Below, in pieces: positions 9,422-19,322 of a stretch of 64,000 bases of DNA. Source of the DNA: an uncultured Candidatus Saccharibacteria bacterium. GTDB taxonomy: Bacteria > Patescibacteriota > Minisyncoccia > Phycocordibacterales > UBA918. The DNA lies in contig CAZKFF010000004.1 in NCBI GenBank assembly GCA_964552045.1, positions 20,368 through 84,367 of the forward strand. The letters are read 5' to 3'. How positions within the stretch are numbered: the stretch's first letter is position 1; the number at the start of each line of letters is the position of its first letter. Both the position numbers and the translations under genes were made by a program. The notes beneath the pieces were generated by a model. That model had not been told where the DNA came from. It did no database searches and was given only the letters and a program-made list of their open reading frames with translations.

Positions 9422-10558
9422 TTAAAAAGTAGGAGTTGCTATATAGGTAAGCGTAGTAGTGTAGTCGTCTCCCGCCTCCTGGAGGCTTGAGATCTCCACC
9501 TTGTAACCTACGCGTGCTGTACCTTCGCCAGTGCCGGCACCATTAGCTGGTCCGTTATGGCTCATCACGACGCGCGGAGTGGTACTCGCTGCGGCAAACT
9601 CGCCGGAGCCGAATTCATCTCCTGCATCGCGTGTTGTGTCTGAGTCATTCGAAGTGAAGCCCCAGTGACCATAGGTGTTCTCGCTGCCCATGACTTCAAC
9701 TGGTGAAGCCCACGCAGTTGGAGTATTGGTATCGGAACCTTCGACAAACCCGTCGATGTCAGCGCCAGTTGAAGACTGGAGCGCCTGGTCGAGCTGAACG
9801 GTTACAACGTATCCGTTGGCAGCGTTGGTGTTTACCGTAAGGTCCTGTGCAGTTGTAGTCGCATTCCCGTCAGTGAGTGCGCCGAATGGGATCGACGTCG
9901 TAGACGCCGCACCCGTAGTGGTTGCACCATTGACCGCCTGGTTTGCTCCTACCCCTGCAACAGTGAACGTGAAGATCGTATCCACAGCTGCAGTTACCTG
10001 CACACTGTTGATGATCGCCACCCGGGCTGTACCTGAATCGGCAGAACCTGCGGTTATGTCGATATCGTACGCGCCTTCCGCTGCAGGGTTCGAGATCTGC
10101 GTATCTCCTGCAGATCCGAATGTAGCGTTTGTACCAATTTCGATCGTCACTGTTGCGTTCGCGCCCAATGCGGCGTCAACGCTGGTGAGCGTGATGGATG
10201 ATGCTGTGGTAGCAACTCCCCACTGTTCACCGGACTGGTCTCCTTCGATGACCAATGTGTAATCGGACGTTGAGGCAAAGTCGATATCTTCAACCCCAAT
10301 GGACGAAGTATCAAAGTTGCCGTCAAAATCGATCACGATTGATTCACCCGATGCTATGCCTGTCGGCGTAGTAAAGGATATGGTGTGGTTTGATCCGGCG
10401 CTTGGCGCTGAATCAGTGAGCGTATCGCTGACATTGGTGAGGTTAGCGGCGCTCGCAAATTGGAGATTAGGAATCCCTAATGACCACAATGTGATCGCAA
10501 GACCCCCAATTATTGCAATAGTTTTGAGCAATGTAACGGTTTTTTCCGTTGTGTACAT
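9422..10558 (-). CDS. Secreted WxL-like two-domain surface subunit (copy B)
   Basis: Signal peptide; N-domain DTLTDSAPSAGSNHTISF; C-domain SIPFGAL..QDLTVNTNAANGY..GHWG..GDDYTTTLTYIATPTF, resembling the WxL terminal YxxxLTWxL strand; close paralogue of 45940-47058. Confidence 0.7.
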   Translation of the reverse strand: MYTTEKTVTLLKTIAIIGGLAITLWSLGIPNLQFASAANLTNVSDTLTDSAPSAGSNHTISFTTPTGIASGESIVIDFDGNFDTSSIGVEDIDFASTSDYTLVIEGDQSGEQWGVATTASSITLTSVDAALGANATVTIEIGTNATFGSAGDTQISNPAAEGAYDIDITAGSADSGTARVAIINSVQVTAAVDTIFTFTVAGVGANQAVNGATTTGAASTTSIPFGALTDGNATTTAQDLTVNTNAANGYVVTVQLDQALQSSTGADIDGFVEGSDTNTPTAWASPVEVMGSENTYGHWGFTSNDSDTTRDAGDEFGSGEFAAASTTPRVVMSHNGPANGAGTGEGTARVGYKVEISSLQEAGDDYTTTLTYIATPTF

Positions 10559-10577
10559 AGCTCTTACGTTGTTTTAA

Positions 10578-10803
10578 CTTACATTACTTCGCCATACCTC
10601 CTTTGTATGAAAAGGTATCCGAAGCGCAAGCCCGCTGTAATACGGCAGACTCAAATTGCGCATCAGGTCTCCACGCCTGCTGCGCAGAAACTAATGTAAG
10701 CACACTTGCCGCATAACATCCGGCTGCAGATGCCCGCACGGTACGCGAACCGTGCGCAGCGGTTCTAAAGGACCGCCTCTGCAACAAGTACATAATTATT
10801 GTA
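10578..10803 (-). promoter_or_regulatory. Promoter (-10 TACAAT at 10798-10803) and ~230-nt highly structured 5' leader
   Basis: Closing stem 10692-10700 with 10578-10586 encloses three hairpins; stem 10725-10730/10778-10783 encloses two hairpins. G-U pairs in two of the inner stems work on the minus strand. Confidence 0.6.
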
Positions 10804-10956
10804 GCTCGCGTTGCAATGAATTGATGAGTTTCTCCTGTGCACAACCAGTCGGTGAACCTCGTGCACTGTCTATTCCAACAGGAGCAGTTCATGGATATAT
10901 GTCCCTCAGTATGATCTATCTCAAAAAACCTTCGGAAGCTCCACAGGTTCGCTTCC

Positions 10957-12102
10957 TCAGCCTGTCCAGTTAAACAACAATATGGAGAAATCCTCCAGGC
11001 CGACATTGCCGTTGCCGTTAATATCTGCTTTCGGATCGGAATCACCTCCCGAGGTCTGCCACCAGAATATGAGTATGGAAAAGTCAGTGAGGTTTACGGA
11101 ACCGTCACGGTTAAGGTCAGACGGAGTCGCGGCGGTGCCATTCACACCGACAAACAGCTGCACGGTGGTGCTGAAACTGCTTTCGGTAGTGAGCGTTCCG
11201 CTGCCGAGAATGAACCGCGCTCGTGCGGTGTGTTCGTCCGCAGAGAGGCCTGAGGTGGGGTAAGAAATGGTCCATGCGCCATTTGTTCCTGAGGTTGCAG
11301 AAAGCACCTCGTCACTGTCGTCGATATGCACCTCAACGCGTGTATTCGGGATCGTCTGTCCGGAAAAGACGACCGTATCGCCCGGGTTGATGGTCGCGTC
11401 ACTCACCGAGAGCGTCGGCGGAATGAGCACGCCAGACACATTCGTGATGGCACCCTGCGTGACATCGAAGGTCGTATTGTATGTCACTGACCGCACCCGG
11501 TTCAAATCAAACGACCAGAAGCCGAGCGAGACAGTGCCTGGAGACGCATTGGTAGCGAAATCGAACCGTCCAGAGCTGTCGGCGCGAACCGTACCCACTT
11601 CCTTGGCGTCGAGAAGCACATGCACTGTCTGATTGGGATAACCCCGACCGGTGATGCTTACCTGCGTATCGCCGAGCTCATCATCGCTTCCCCCGCTGCT
11701 TGAAGAGCCGCCGCCTGAAGAGCCGCCGCCGCCGCTCCCTGCTACTTCTACAGTACAATCCGCCGCACAAAAGTCACCGTCATCATTGTTGCCATCATCG
11801 CATTCTTCACCATGCAGGGTCTGCAGAATCGCGTCACCGCAGTATGGTCCGTAGTTGCAGTCAACGTCGCATTGTCTCCCGATGATCGTCGTGCTGTACA
11901 CGCCTGTCTCTCCCAGTACGTCGCACTCTTCTCCGTCGTCCACGAGCGCATTGCCGCAGATAGAGAGCGTCAGGGTTGTTGTCGCAATGAACCCGGGTGT
12001 GAGCTGTGCATATGCCACAGGAGTACACACTGCAATAGTGAGCGCAACGCCAAGAAGCAATAATGTCTTATGCATTAATCTCAACCGCGTGCGCATGCCC
12101 AT
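10957..12102 (-). CDS. Secreted protein: Myxococcus-type Cys-rich repeats (DUF4215-like), Gly/Ser linker, two Ig-like domains, C-terminal dockerin
   Basis: CGNALVDDGEECD and CGDAILQTLHGEECDDGNNDDGDFCAADC; dockerin DLNRDGSVNLTDFSIL...DINGNGNVGLEDFSILLFNWTG. Start may be 12075. Confidence 0.85.
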   Translation of the reverse strand: MGMRTRLRLMHKTLLLLGVALTIAVCTPVAYAQLTPGFIATTTLTLSICGNALVDDGEECDVLGETGVYSTTIIGRQCDVDCNYGPYCGDAILQTLHGEECDDGNNDDGDFCAADCTVEVAGSGGGGSSGGGSSSSGGSDDELGDTQVSITGRGYPNQTVHVLLDAKEVGTVRADSSGRFDFATNASPGTVSLGFWSFDLNRVRSVTYNTTFDVTQGAITNVSGVLIPPTLSVSDATINPGDTVVFSGQTIPNTRVEVHIDDSDEVLSATSGTNGAWTISYPTSGLSADEHTARARFILGSGTLTTESSFSTTVQLFVGVNGTAATPSDLNRDGSVNLTDFSILIFWWQTSGGDSDPKADINGNGNVGLEDFSILLFNWTG

Positions 12103-12105
12103 ACG

Positions 12106-13065
12106 TTATTGCATCCGCCGATTTACCTTTCTCTGGCGTGCGGTATGAACGCCGAAGAGTAGGAGAGCGAGCAATGCAAGTATCGGAAGTATGACCGAAA
12201 CCTGGTGTGCCAATGAAAGTCCGAGGAATCCGAATCCGGCAATCTGCAGTGTTCCATACGGAAGAATATTGAGGTTCACTTCTCCCTCTTGTTTCACTTC
12301 ATCATCATTGAATATCTGATAACGCGCAATATAGGTGCCTGCCGGCAGACGCGTCGGCAGTTCGGCCACGATCTCTTCGGTTGCGTACGGAGCTACCTTC
12401 TCTATTTTTCCTTTGTTCCGGACGTCTTCAAGAAGCACATTGCCCGTAGCATCATATATCTTGAATGCAACCTTTGACGGAGCAACATCAATGTTACCAG
12501 TATTCTCAAGGAGCATACCGAACCTGATCTTTCCAGGGAAATACAGCCACGCGAACTTATGTCCTTCATTGAGATCAGATATGTTTATCTTGCGGATGCG
12601 GAAATCCTTGATCTCCTTGTCGATGACGCTGAGGTCGATATCAACCTGTGCACCAAGTGAAATGTTGACTGCGCCGGCCGAAACCTCATCATCAACTGCT
12701 CCTGTTTTGATACGGATCGCACCCGTGTAATTTTTGAACTCAGCATCTTCCGGCACCTTCACACGAATAGTCATGGGAACCTTCTGCTCACCGCGTGGCA
12801 GTTCGAACTCTGTGCCTTCCACGATCTCGATCCAGTCCAGTATCTCAGGAGCATCGACGACTACAGTTGCTTTCAGCGGCACGTTCGGATCTCCGCGGAC
12901 AAGAAGTATCTGCTGTTCATAGGTCGAGTTGCGGGTGAGGCTCGTGTTGCGTACGTATGGCGGGGTCACACCAAAACCAGCGAGGGCTAAATCGGCTCCA
13001 AGTATCACAAAGAGAAGTATTGCTATGCAGAACGATTTAGCAAAGTTCATTATGTATCCCGACAA
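12106..13065 (-). CDS. DUF916/DUF3324-like (WxL-interacting, pilus-chaperone-like) membrane protein
   Basis: FGVTPPY...WIEI...IRVKVPEDAEFKNYTGAI, second domain LLENTGNIDVAP..KIYD..G..LPAGTYIA, C-terminal TM with basic tail. Likely start 13050. Confidence 0.7.
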   Translation of the reverse strand: MSGYIMNFAKSFCIAILLFVILGADLALAGFGVTPPYVRNTSLTRNSTYEQQILLVRGDPNVPLKATVVVDAPEILDWIEIVEGTEFELPRGEQKVPMTIRVKVPEDAEFKNYTGAIRIKTGAVDDEVSAGAVNISLGAQVDIDLSVIDKEIKDFRIRKINISDLNEGHKFAWLYFPGKIRFGMLLENTGNIDVAPSKVAFKIYDATGNVLLEDVRNKGKIEKVAPYATEEIVAELPTRLPAGTYIARYQIFNDDEVKQEGEVNLNILPYGTLQIAGFGFLGLSLAHQVSVILPILALLALLLFGVHTARQRKVNRRMQ

Positions 13066-13107
13066 AAAATGTCTTACTAATTATCAGTAATAACTCAACA
13101 TAACGCA

Positions 13108-13136
13108 AGAACCACAGCTTGGATAACTGTGGTTCT
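13108..13136 (-). terminator. Probable intrinsic terminator after 13169-15025
   Basis: Inverted repeat AGAACCACAG / CTGTGGTTCT, followed by a T-rich run on the minus strand. Confidence 0.55.
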
Positions 13137-13168
13137 GGCTTGCTCTTATCCTTTCGAAAATTTTACGG

Positions 13169-15025
13169 CTACCACTGATTTGGATTGCTTACCGCAGCGT
13201 AGAATGTGTTTTCACCGGTGTATGACCCCGCAAGTGTGAGCGTGATCGGAACATGGATACCCCAGTAGGTGGTTCCTGTTGCCTGAGTACTGGTTGCCGT
13301 TGACTTGAATACATTCAAGTCAAGCCGCTTGTTTGTAGTAGATGAGAGTGTGTTGCCAGTTGCAGTTGCCGTACCGTATGACACTGTCGAAGTTGCATAC
13401 ACTTGGAAGCTCTCCGCAATGGTTGAAGTAGAGGAATTAGGACAGGTCACAGAGGTACTGTAGTTGATACACATTGATTCTCCCGTAAGCAGTTCGTCAA
13501 TACCCACATTTCCAGTCGCCCGTATGTCTGTTGTGGCAGAGAGCGGATCAGTCTGTTGCCCAGGCTCGAGTGAACCATACGGGATAGCGAGCGTATCGAG
13601 AGCCATAGACAGGAAGGCATTGAGATCTTGTCCAATCGCACTTTGGGTGAATACACTCACCGCACTGTCATCATCTATGGCAGAAACTGCTGCTCTCCAA
13701 TCTTCGCCGGCATAAAGCGAAGTCGAAGCCTGGTCGGTCGGGTCTGCGATGTACCACAGTGGGAATGTACACTCCCATGTCTGTGTGGTGTCCGTTGCAC
13801 CTCCACAATCGGAAGGTGTCGTTGTTGCGGCACATGAAAGATTCCAGGTTGTTGTCGCGACGGTGCTCGTATAACAATTGTTTGCATTGTATTCGCCTGA
13901 TGCATCACAGGAGGTCGTGCCTACACCCGAACGGTACACTGACAGTGCGTAATCTACGATCTCATCAGTTGCGGATGAGTTCTCGCAGCTATTATTGTCT
14001 GTTGCAACAAAGCTGAGTGTGAATCCGGTCGTCTCACCCGATTCCTGTGTAAGCGTAATATCTCCTCCATTATTGAGTGTGATTTGCGCGGCGTTTATAG
14101 AAGGAGCGGCATTGTCAACGGTGAGAACAGAGTCTGTGCCTTGCGTAGCTCCTGATGCCTCATGCCCGTGATTGTCGACAATGAAGCCAAAGGCTGCGTA
14201 GTTCTGGTCCTGGGTCGGGATTGGTATGACGTAGGTGGCTGTCGGGTCAGATGCAGACAAGGTTGAAGTCGCTAATGTGAGATCATCACAGGTATCTGTC
14301 GATGTGCTGAAGTTTGATGATGAGCAGACGATGAGCTGCACCGTGTCATTGGTCGGTACTGTGTCAGGGTCAGATGATGTCGCAGTAAAGGTAACGGTCG
14401 CGCCCGGAAGCACTGGGGAATCGTCCCAGAACGCGGTGAAGGTCGGACGACGGTTTACGTTGAATGGAGATGATGTCGTACCTGTTCCCTGTTTGAATGA
14501 TGCGTTACAGCGCGGATTGACCAGCACGGAGTCGCAGACCCAGGCGAACCAGTCATTTTGCTCGTTGAACGGAGCGACTTCTGTGGTGGTCGTTGCGGCA
14601 GTTGCCTGCGTACCGCTGATCGTCAGAGAAGAAACAGCCCATTGCAGCGATCCTCCACCACAGGTCGGCGCAGCTCCCGGGTTCGCAGTTGGCGCAGTTG
14701 ACCCGTCACAGATAAGCAGATAGTAGCTCTCCGCGTTCGAGTCTGTTGCAGTTGCGATCCACTGCACCGGTGATCCTGAATTAGTCGGTGTTGTTGTTGA
14801 AGATTCGGTCAGCTCCTGCGCATCCACAGTCCATTGTGGCGGTGTGTTGAGCACGGTCACTGATGTGGTCGCCTGGCTTTGGGCTTCCGCATGGTTCAGT
14901 TCCTGTGCGCCTAAGTTGAGGAAAAATGCTACCGCGAACACAAACACGCCCAAAAGCGCTGTTATCACAGTTATTTTCCCTGCCGTGTTTATATAGTGTG
15001 GCAGCTCTTTCATGTTGTACGACAT
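13169..15025 (-). CDS. Secreted Cys/Thr-rich surface protein with a C-terminal module shared with the giant adhesin (WxL/pilin-like terminal strand)
   Basis: N-terminal TM/signal, Ig-like disulfide domains, C-terminus YWGIHVP...GSYTGENTFYA. Confidence 0.75.
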   Translation of the reverse strand: MSYNMKELPHYINTAGKITVITALLGVFVFAVAFFLNLGAQELNHAEAQSQATTSVTVLNTPPQWTVDAQELTESSTTTPTNSGSPVQWIATATDSNAESYYLLICDGSTAPTANPGAAPTCGGGSLQWAVSSLTISGTQATAATTTTEVAPFNEQNDWFAWVCDSVLVNPRCNASFKQGTGTTSSPFNVNRRPTFTAFWDDSPVLPGATVTFTATSSDPDTVPTNDTVQLIVCSSSNFSTSTDTCDDLTLATSTLSASDPTATYVIPIPTQDQNYAAFGFIVDNHGHEASGATQGTDSVLTVDNAAPSINAAQITLNNGGDITLTQESGETTGFTLSFVATDNNSCENSSATDEIVDYALSVYRSGVGTTSCDASGEYNANNCYTSTVATTTWNLSCAATTTPSDCGGATDTTQTWECTFPLWYIADPTDQASTSLYAGEDWRAAVSAIDDDSAVSVFTQSAIGQDLNAFLSMALDTLAIPYGSLEPGQQTDPLSATTDIRATGNVGIDELLTGESMCINYSTSVTCPNSSTSTIAESFQVYATSTVSYGTATATGNTLSSTTNKRLDLNVFKSTATSTQATGTTYWGIHVPITLTLAGSYTGENTFYAAVSNPNQW

Positions 15026-15088
15026 AAATAATAATTACCTCTTACTATTTTAGCTAAAATGCTGAGGTAAATGGGCAGTTATACACAT

Positions 15089-16297
15089 TTATTCATAGCG
15101 GATAGCATCAAGCGGATTGAGCGATGCGGCACGCCGTGCGGGGAAAATTCCGGTGAGGTAGCCCACTCCGGCTGAGAAAAGGGCGATAAATACCAGGAAA
15201 TTGAGCGGAAATGAGAAGAGAGTCACCGCCTGCCCGCCAAATTGTCCGGCGGCAAGATTGAGCATGAGGTTTATGATGATCCCGAGCGCTACCCCCATGA
15301 CGATCCCGGATACACCTCCGAGAAAGCCTACAATGATGGACTCTGAAACGAACAGCCACTTGATGTCCGACGGCGATGCACCAATGGTGCGCATGATGCC
15401 GATCTCCTTGGTTCGCTCCAACAGTGTAACGGTCATCGTATTGAACATGCCGATGGCGGACACAAGGAGTGCGATCCCTCCGAATGTTGCAAGGACCACC
15501 TGGACTCCCTGGAAGATCTTTGACGCCTGTTCAACCGTCTTAGAAAGCGCCGTCACGCGGTATCCCTCCTCGATAAGCTGATCTTCCACGAGCTGCAGGA
15601 ACTCATTGCTCTCAACACGGACCTGCACCCGCTCGAACTCCTCAATGCCAATATGACTGCGAAGCTCCGGCAGCATCATGAGCGCATTGAGAACGCCCTC
15701 CTCTTTAGTGATGCCGCGAACCGTGTATTCTTTGTCAATGAAAACCTCGTCCACCTCATCGGTGCCGTCTTCTGCCGGTACGAGTATCCTGAACTTCACT
15801 TTCTCACCAACAAAGGAAGCCGGATCGTCGATCCCGAAGAGCTTGAGCACCGCCGGGGAGAGCATAACACTACTGGTATCACCTGCATCCGCATCAGTGA
15901 ACACTTCGCCCTCTGTTGCGGTCACGCCCGCATAGCGGAGGTACGGCGGTTCGGCGCCTTGAACGAACACATTGCCAGTAAGACCCTTGTACGTCACCAA
16001 TGCCGGGAACCGCGCAAGCGGTGCTGCGTCCAGTACATGATCCATAGCCTCAAATTGCGCCACCGTCTCTTCAGTCAGCCGCAGGTTCTGGGCGCCGGTT
16101 GCCGAGACCCCGAGTGACAGAAGTGTTTCTCCGAACACGATCTGCTCGAGGATGATCTGCTGCAGTCCGAACCCAAGCCCGACGAGCACCACCACCGCAC
16201 CAGTGCCCACTCCCATGCCCAGGATAGTGAGCCACGTACGCATTGGGTTCGTTTTGAATGCTCTCGTGGAGAGCTGTGCCAAGTCCTGTAAACGCAT
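15089..16297 (-). CDS. ABC transporter permease, MacB/FtsX family
   Basis: RTWLTILGMGVG, extracellular loop, IALLVSAIGMFNTMTVTLLERTKEIGIMRTIGAS, PARRAASLNPLDAIRYE. Confidence 0.95.
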   Translation of the reverse strand: MRLQDLAQLSTRAFKTNPMRTWLTILGMGVGTGAVVVLVGLGFGLQQIILEQIVFGETLLSLGVSATGAQNLRLTEETVAQFEAMDHVLDAAPLARFPALVTYKGLTGNVFVQGAEPPYLRYAGVTATEGEVFTDADAGDTSSVMLSPAVLKLFGIDDPASFVGEKVKFRILVPAEDGTDEVDEVFIDKEYTVRGITKEEGVLNALMMLPELRSHIGIEEFERVQVRVESNEFLQLVEDQLIEEGYRVTALSKTVEQASKIFQGVQVVLATFGGIALLVSAIGMFNTMTVTLLERTKEIGIMRTIGASPSDIKWLFVSESIIVGFLGGVSGIVMGVALGIIINLMLNLAAGQFGGQAVTLFSFPLNFLVFIALFSAGVGYLTGIFPARRAASLNPLDAIRYE

Positions 16298-16299
16298 AT

Positions 16300-17622
16300 C
16301 TAACTCTTATAACTGACATCGACGCCTTGCGCGATGATCTTTTCGAAATAACGCGTGATATCCTCCGCTTCATCGTAGGTGAGACCGAGTCCGCCTGAAC
16401 TGACCCCGACGCTGAGCTTCTCAAGGAATTCCTGCTCGCCGCTGACTCCAACCACACGGTCGGCAATAAGCTCAACCAGGTTCTCGTCCTGCTTTTTCGA
16501 GAGCTTCATGTGGTGAATGCGGAGCAGATGATCGCGCAGACGTTCGGCGAGCTTGTGCTGATCAAAGAATGCATGCGCATTCTCAAACTGCTTGCGAAAT
16601 CTGCGAATATCATCTGCCTGCGAGAGCAGCTTGTCAGCCGTATGTACGATCCTTCGCGCATCCTTTTCAGGAATACCGACTCCGCCCCGGTCGTACGCAA
16701 GCACGAGCATCTTCGTGACAGCATCCTTCTCTACCCTTCCAGAGATAAAATATTGCATCGCTGTCTCAAGCCGCTCGAGCTGGCTGAAGGTGTAGTCCTG
16801 TGTCACATAGTTGACCAGACTCTTGACCCGGAGCGATTCAATGGAGTCATAGGGATAGAGACGTGCGAGCTGTTCGAGCTCGGTCACAATGGTCTCACCT
16901 TCTTTCACCGGCTTTATCTGCTTGCGCTGCGGATTGACCACTTCACGGACAATGCGCCCATCCTTGAGGTAATACACGCGGTGCGCATAGCTTAAGTGCG
17001 CTGCATTGTGCGACACCATGATGATGGTACGCTTGTCGAACGTATTGATCTCGTCAATCTTGTCCATAACCTGCTGTGTAGAAACAGAGTCAAGATTTCC
17101 GGTAGGTTCATCCGCGAGCAGGATTTTTGGATCATTGACCATGCTCCGCGCAACCGATACTCGCTGTTGCTGGCCTCCTGAAAGCATGGACGGAATCTTA
17201 TGGGATACGTGGCCGACGCCAAAACGTTCAAGCAGAGCCTGTGCACGCCGCTCGCGCGTCGGTCTGTCCGCATTGGCGAAGATCATGGGTAGCGCCACAT
17301 TATCAAGCACGGTAAGCGAACCGATGAGGTTGAACGATTGGAATATGATACCCATCACATACCGCTGGAAGTAGATACGGTCTTCAATAGGTATCTGGTA
17401 TATGTCCTCTCCGCCGATGAGCATTGTGCCGCCGCCAGGAGGGAGCGATCCCTGGATGGCATACATGAGTGTGGACTTGCCGGAACCGGACGCCCCGAAG
17501 AGGATGATGTACTCACCCTCATATATGTCGGTGCTTGCGTTAGAGAGCGCTTTGAATTCGTTCGATTTCCCTTTGTTGTAGGTGATATCGAGATTACGAC
17601 AAATAATAAGAGGCTTTGCCAT
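16300..17622 (-). CDS. ABC transporter ATP-binding protein (LolD/MacB-like) with ~200-aa C-terminal extension
   Basis: Walker A GASGSGKST, signature LSGGQQQR, Walker B ILLADEPTGNLD, H-loop VSHN. Confidence 0.95.
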   Translation of the reverse strand: MAKPLIICRNLDITYNKGKSNEFKALSNASTDIYEGEYIILFGASGSGKSTLMYAIQGSLPPGGGTMLIGGEDIYQIPIEDRIYFQRYVMGIIFQSFNLIGSLTVLDNVALPMIFANADRPTRERRAQALLERFGVGHVSHKIPSMLSGGQQQRVSVARSMVNDPKILLADEPTGNLDSVSTQQVMDKIDEINTFDKRTIIMVSHNAAHLSYAHRVYYLKDGRIVREVVNPQRKQIKPVKEGETIVTELEQLARLYPYDSIESLRVKSLVNYVTQDYTFSQLERLETAMQYFISGRVEKDAVTKMLVLAYDRGGVGIPEKDARRIVHTADKLLSQADDIRRFRKQFENAHAFFDQHKLAERLRDHLLRIHHMKLSKKQDENLVELIADRVVGVSGEQEFLEKLSVGVSSGGLGLTYDEAEDITRYFEKIIAQGVDVSYKS

Positions 17623-17796
17623 AGAAACGGGTTGCCTTAATTAGAACACGAAACAAGAAAAGAAATATAAGTAGTATCCACACATACGATTTCGCAGCAT
17701 ATGTCGTGCAATGGAACTGAGCCTCGCTTCCCTTGTGTAAAAGACATCTGAACATGTAGACTCCCATTCGACAGACAATAAGCGCTGCGGGGGCGC

Positions 17797-19314
17797 TTAT
17801 TGTCCTCTGATATTCTTGACCCAGCCGAATGTTGATTCAAAGTTCTCGAGGATGAGGTCAATGATGTTCTTTTCCTGGATCGGCGTGAATAAGACGAAGT
17901 TCTCTGACTGCACCTCATTGCCTGCCTCGTCCGCACAATTGAGCCAGAACTGATACACCGTCGCCGAGGCGAAGTCCACAATGACCTCAACATGGCGTTC
18001 GGAATAGCTTATGGTCTCAGGTTCTATGATGGTCGGCTCAACTCCCCCAGCCACACCCTCACGGTAAGTCATCGTACAGAATGCCGGCTCATCGGTCTTC
18101 CACTCAACAATGCTCTGCACGCGCGATTCTCCTCCCGGGAACAGCGTGGATTCATTGGTCACGTTGCTGATGATCGGCGGTGCCGTGTCTTTGACGGTGA
18201 TAAAGGTGATCGGCTGGCTCCTCACCCGGTCTCCGCCGCCGTTCTCTGCAATGACAAAGGCGACATACCGCGTACCGAGGGTAAGGTCGCTCAGCCGCAT
18301 CTGGTGCGTGGTGGCAAGCGTCGGCCGTCCTTTGGAGTTTTGTGCACCGGTAGTGAGGTCTTGGTATTCGATGAGTGCCTTGGAAGGCACGGTGGTGTCC
18401 CACGCGAGCGTGGCTGCATTCTCTTCGACCTTCACGATGCGAAGATTGCGGATCTCCGGAAGCGATGCCTTGGTCTTGAAGGTGTAATCACGGCTTTCGC
18501 CGGTGATGCCGAAGGAATCCGTTGAGACGACTTTGAAGTGGTATTCAGTGAACGATTCAAGTCCGATGATACGCACCTCATGGTCAGTGACGAGACCGTC
18601 GGTACTTGACTGGGAGTAGACGTAGCTTCCAGCGGTATATTCATCGGTCGGCGAGAAAAACACTGTTGAGTCTGACTCGCGGTCAGTGGTCCAGCGGACG
18701 ATCGCAGAGGTCGTTTCGGGAATGACGGTTGGAGGCCCGACAATAGTGAGGTCTTCGGTGATGCCCTGGATCGCCTTGACCACTTCATTGAGTATCTCCT
18801 GCAGCTGCTGCGGGTCGGTGATCTCCTGCACCTGCTGCTTTATCTCCTCGACAGTAGTCTCGCTTGACTGTCCTTCACCAGCCTGGGAACCCTGACCCTG
18901 ACCCTGCGCTTCCGCCTGGCCGGAACCCTCAGCACGCGGCGTGCCGGTTGTCTGCACTTTATAATCGGCGGAAATACCCTGGTTACCATCCTCATCTGCG
19001 GAAACAACGCGGAAATAGTACACGCGACCGGGATCGAGCTCGTCGAGTGTGATGCTGTGTACGGTCTTGTCGACCGCAGGGTCGCGGACGATGCCGTAGT
19101 CCTCCTGCAGACCGTAGTTGATGAGTGAATCCGATTCCTCATCGGTCTCCCAGGTGACCGTCACGGTTGTGTCAGAGACATCACCGATCTGGACATTGGA
19201 TATCTCTGGCGCATCAGTATCAGACTGGGCAAAAGCGGCCGGTACTGAGAGCAGCTGGAGCAAAAGCGCCAGGGAGAGAAGTAATGAGGAACTGCGCATG
19301 GTTCTGTTAATCAT
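17797..19314 (-). CDS. Secreted protein with four FN3 / purple-acid-phosphatase-N-like repeats
   Basis: Repeated W(E/T/D/K)T(D/T)...H.V.L..L.P.T.Y.F.V units; C-terminal amphipathic helix IIDLILENFESTFGWVK. Confidence 0.85.
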   Translation of the reverse strand: MINRTMRSSSLLLSLALLLQLLSVPAAFAQSDTDAPEISNVQIGDVSDTTVTVTWETDEESDSLINYGLQEDYGIVRDPAVDKTVHSITLDELDPGRVYYFRVVSADEDGNQGISADYKVQTTGTPRAEGSGQAEAQGQGQGSQAGEGQSSETTVEEIKQQVQEITDPQQLQEILNEVVKAIQGITEDLTIVGPPTVIPETTSAIVRWTTDRESDSTVFFSPTDEYTAGSYVYSQSSTDGLVTDHEVRIIGLESFTEYHFKVVSTDSFGITGESRDYTFKTKASLPEIRNLRIVKVEENAATLAWDTTVPSKALIEYQDLTTGAQNSKGRPTLATTHQMRLSDLTLGTRYVAFVIAENGGGDRVRSQPITFITVKDTAPPIISNVTNESTLFPGGESRVQSIVEWKTDEPAFCTMTYREGVAGGVEPTIIEPETISYSERHVEVIVDFASATVYQFWLNCADEAGNEVQSENFVLFTPIQEKNIIDLILENFESTFGWVKNIRGQ

Positions 19315-19322
19315 ACACTGTG

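Noticed and set aside
10584-11045. 153-aa ORF and the AAGGAGGT-ATG-GCG-AAG-TAA mini-ORF
   Set aside because: The ORF overlaps the dockerin gene and a structured leader, with no protein-like features. The mini-ORF has zero SD spacing.
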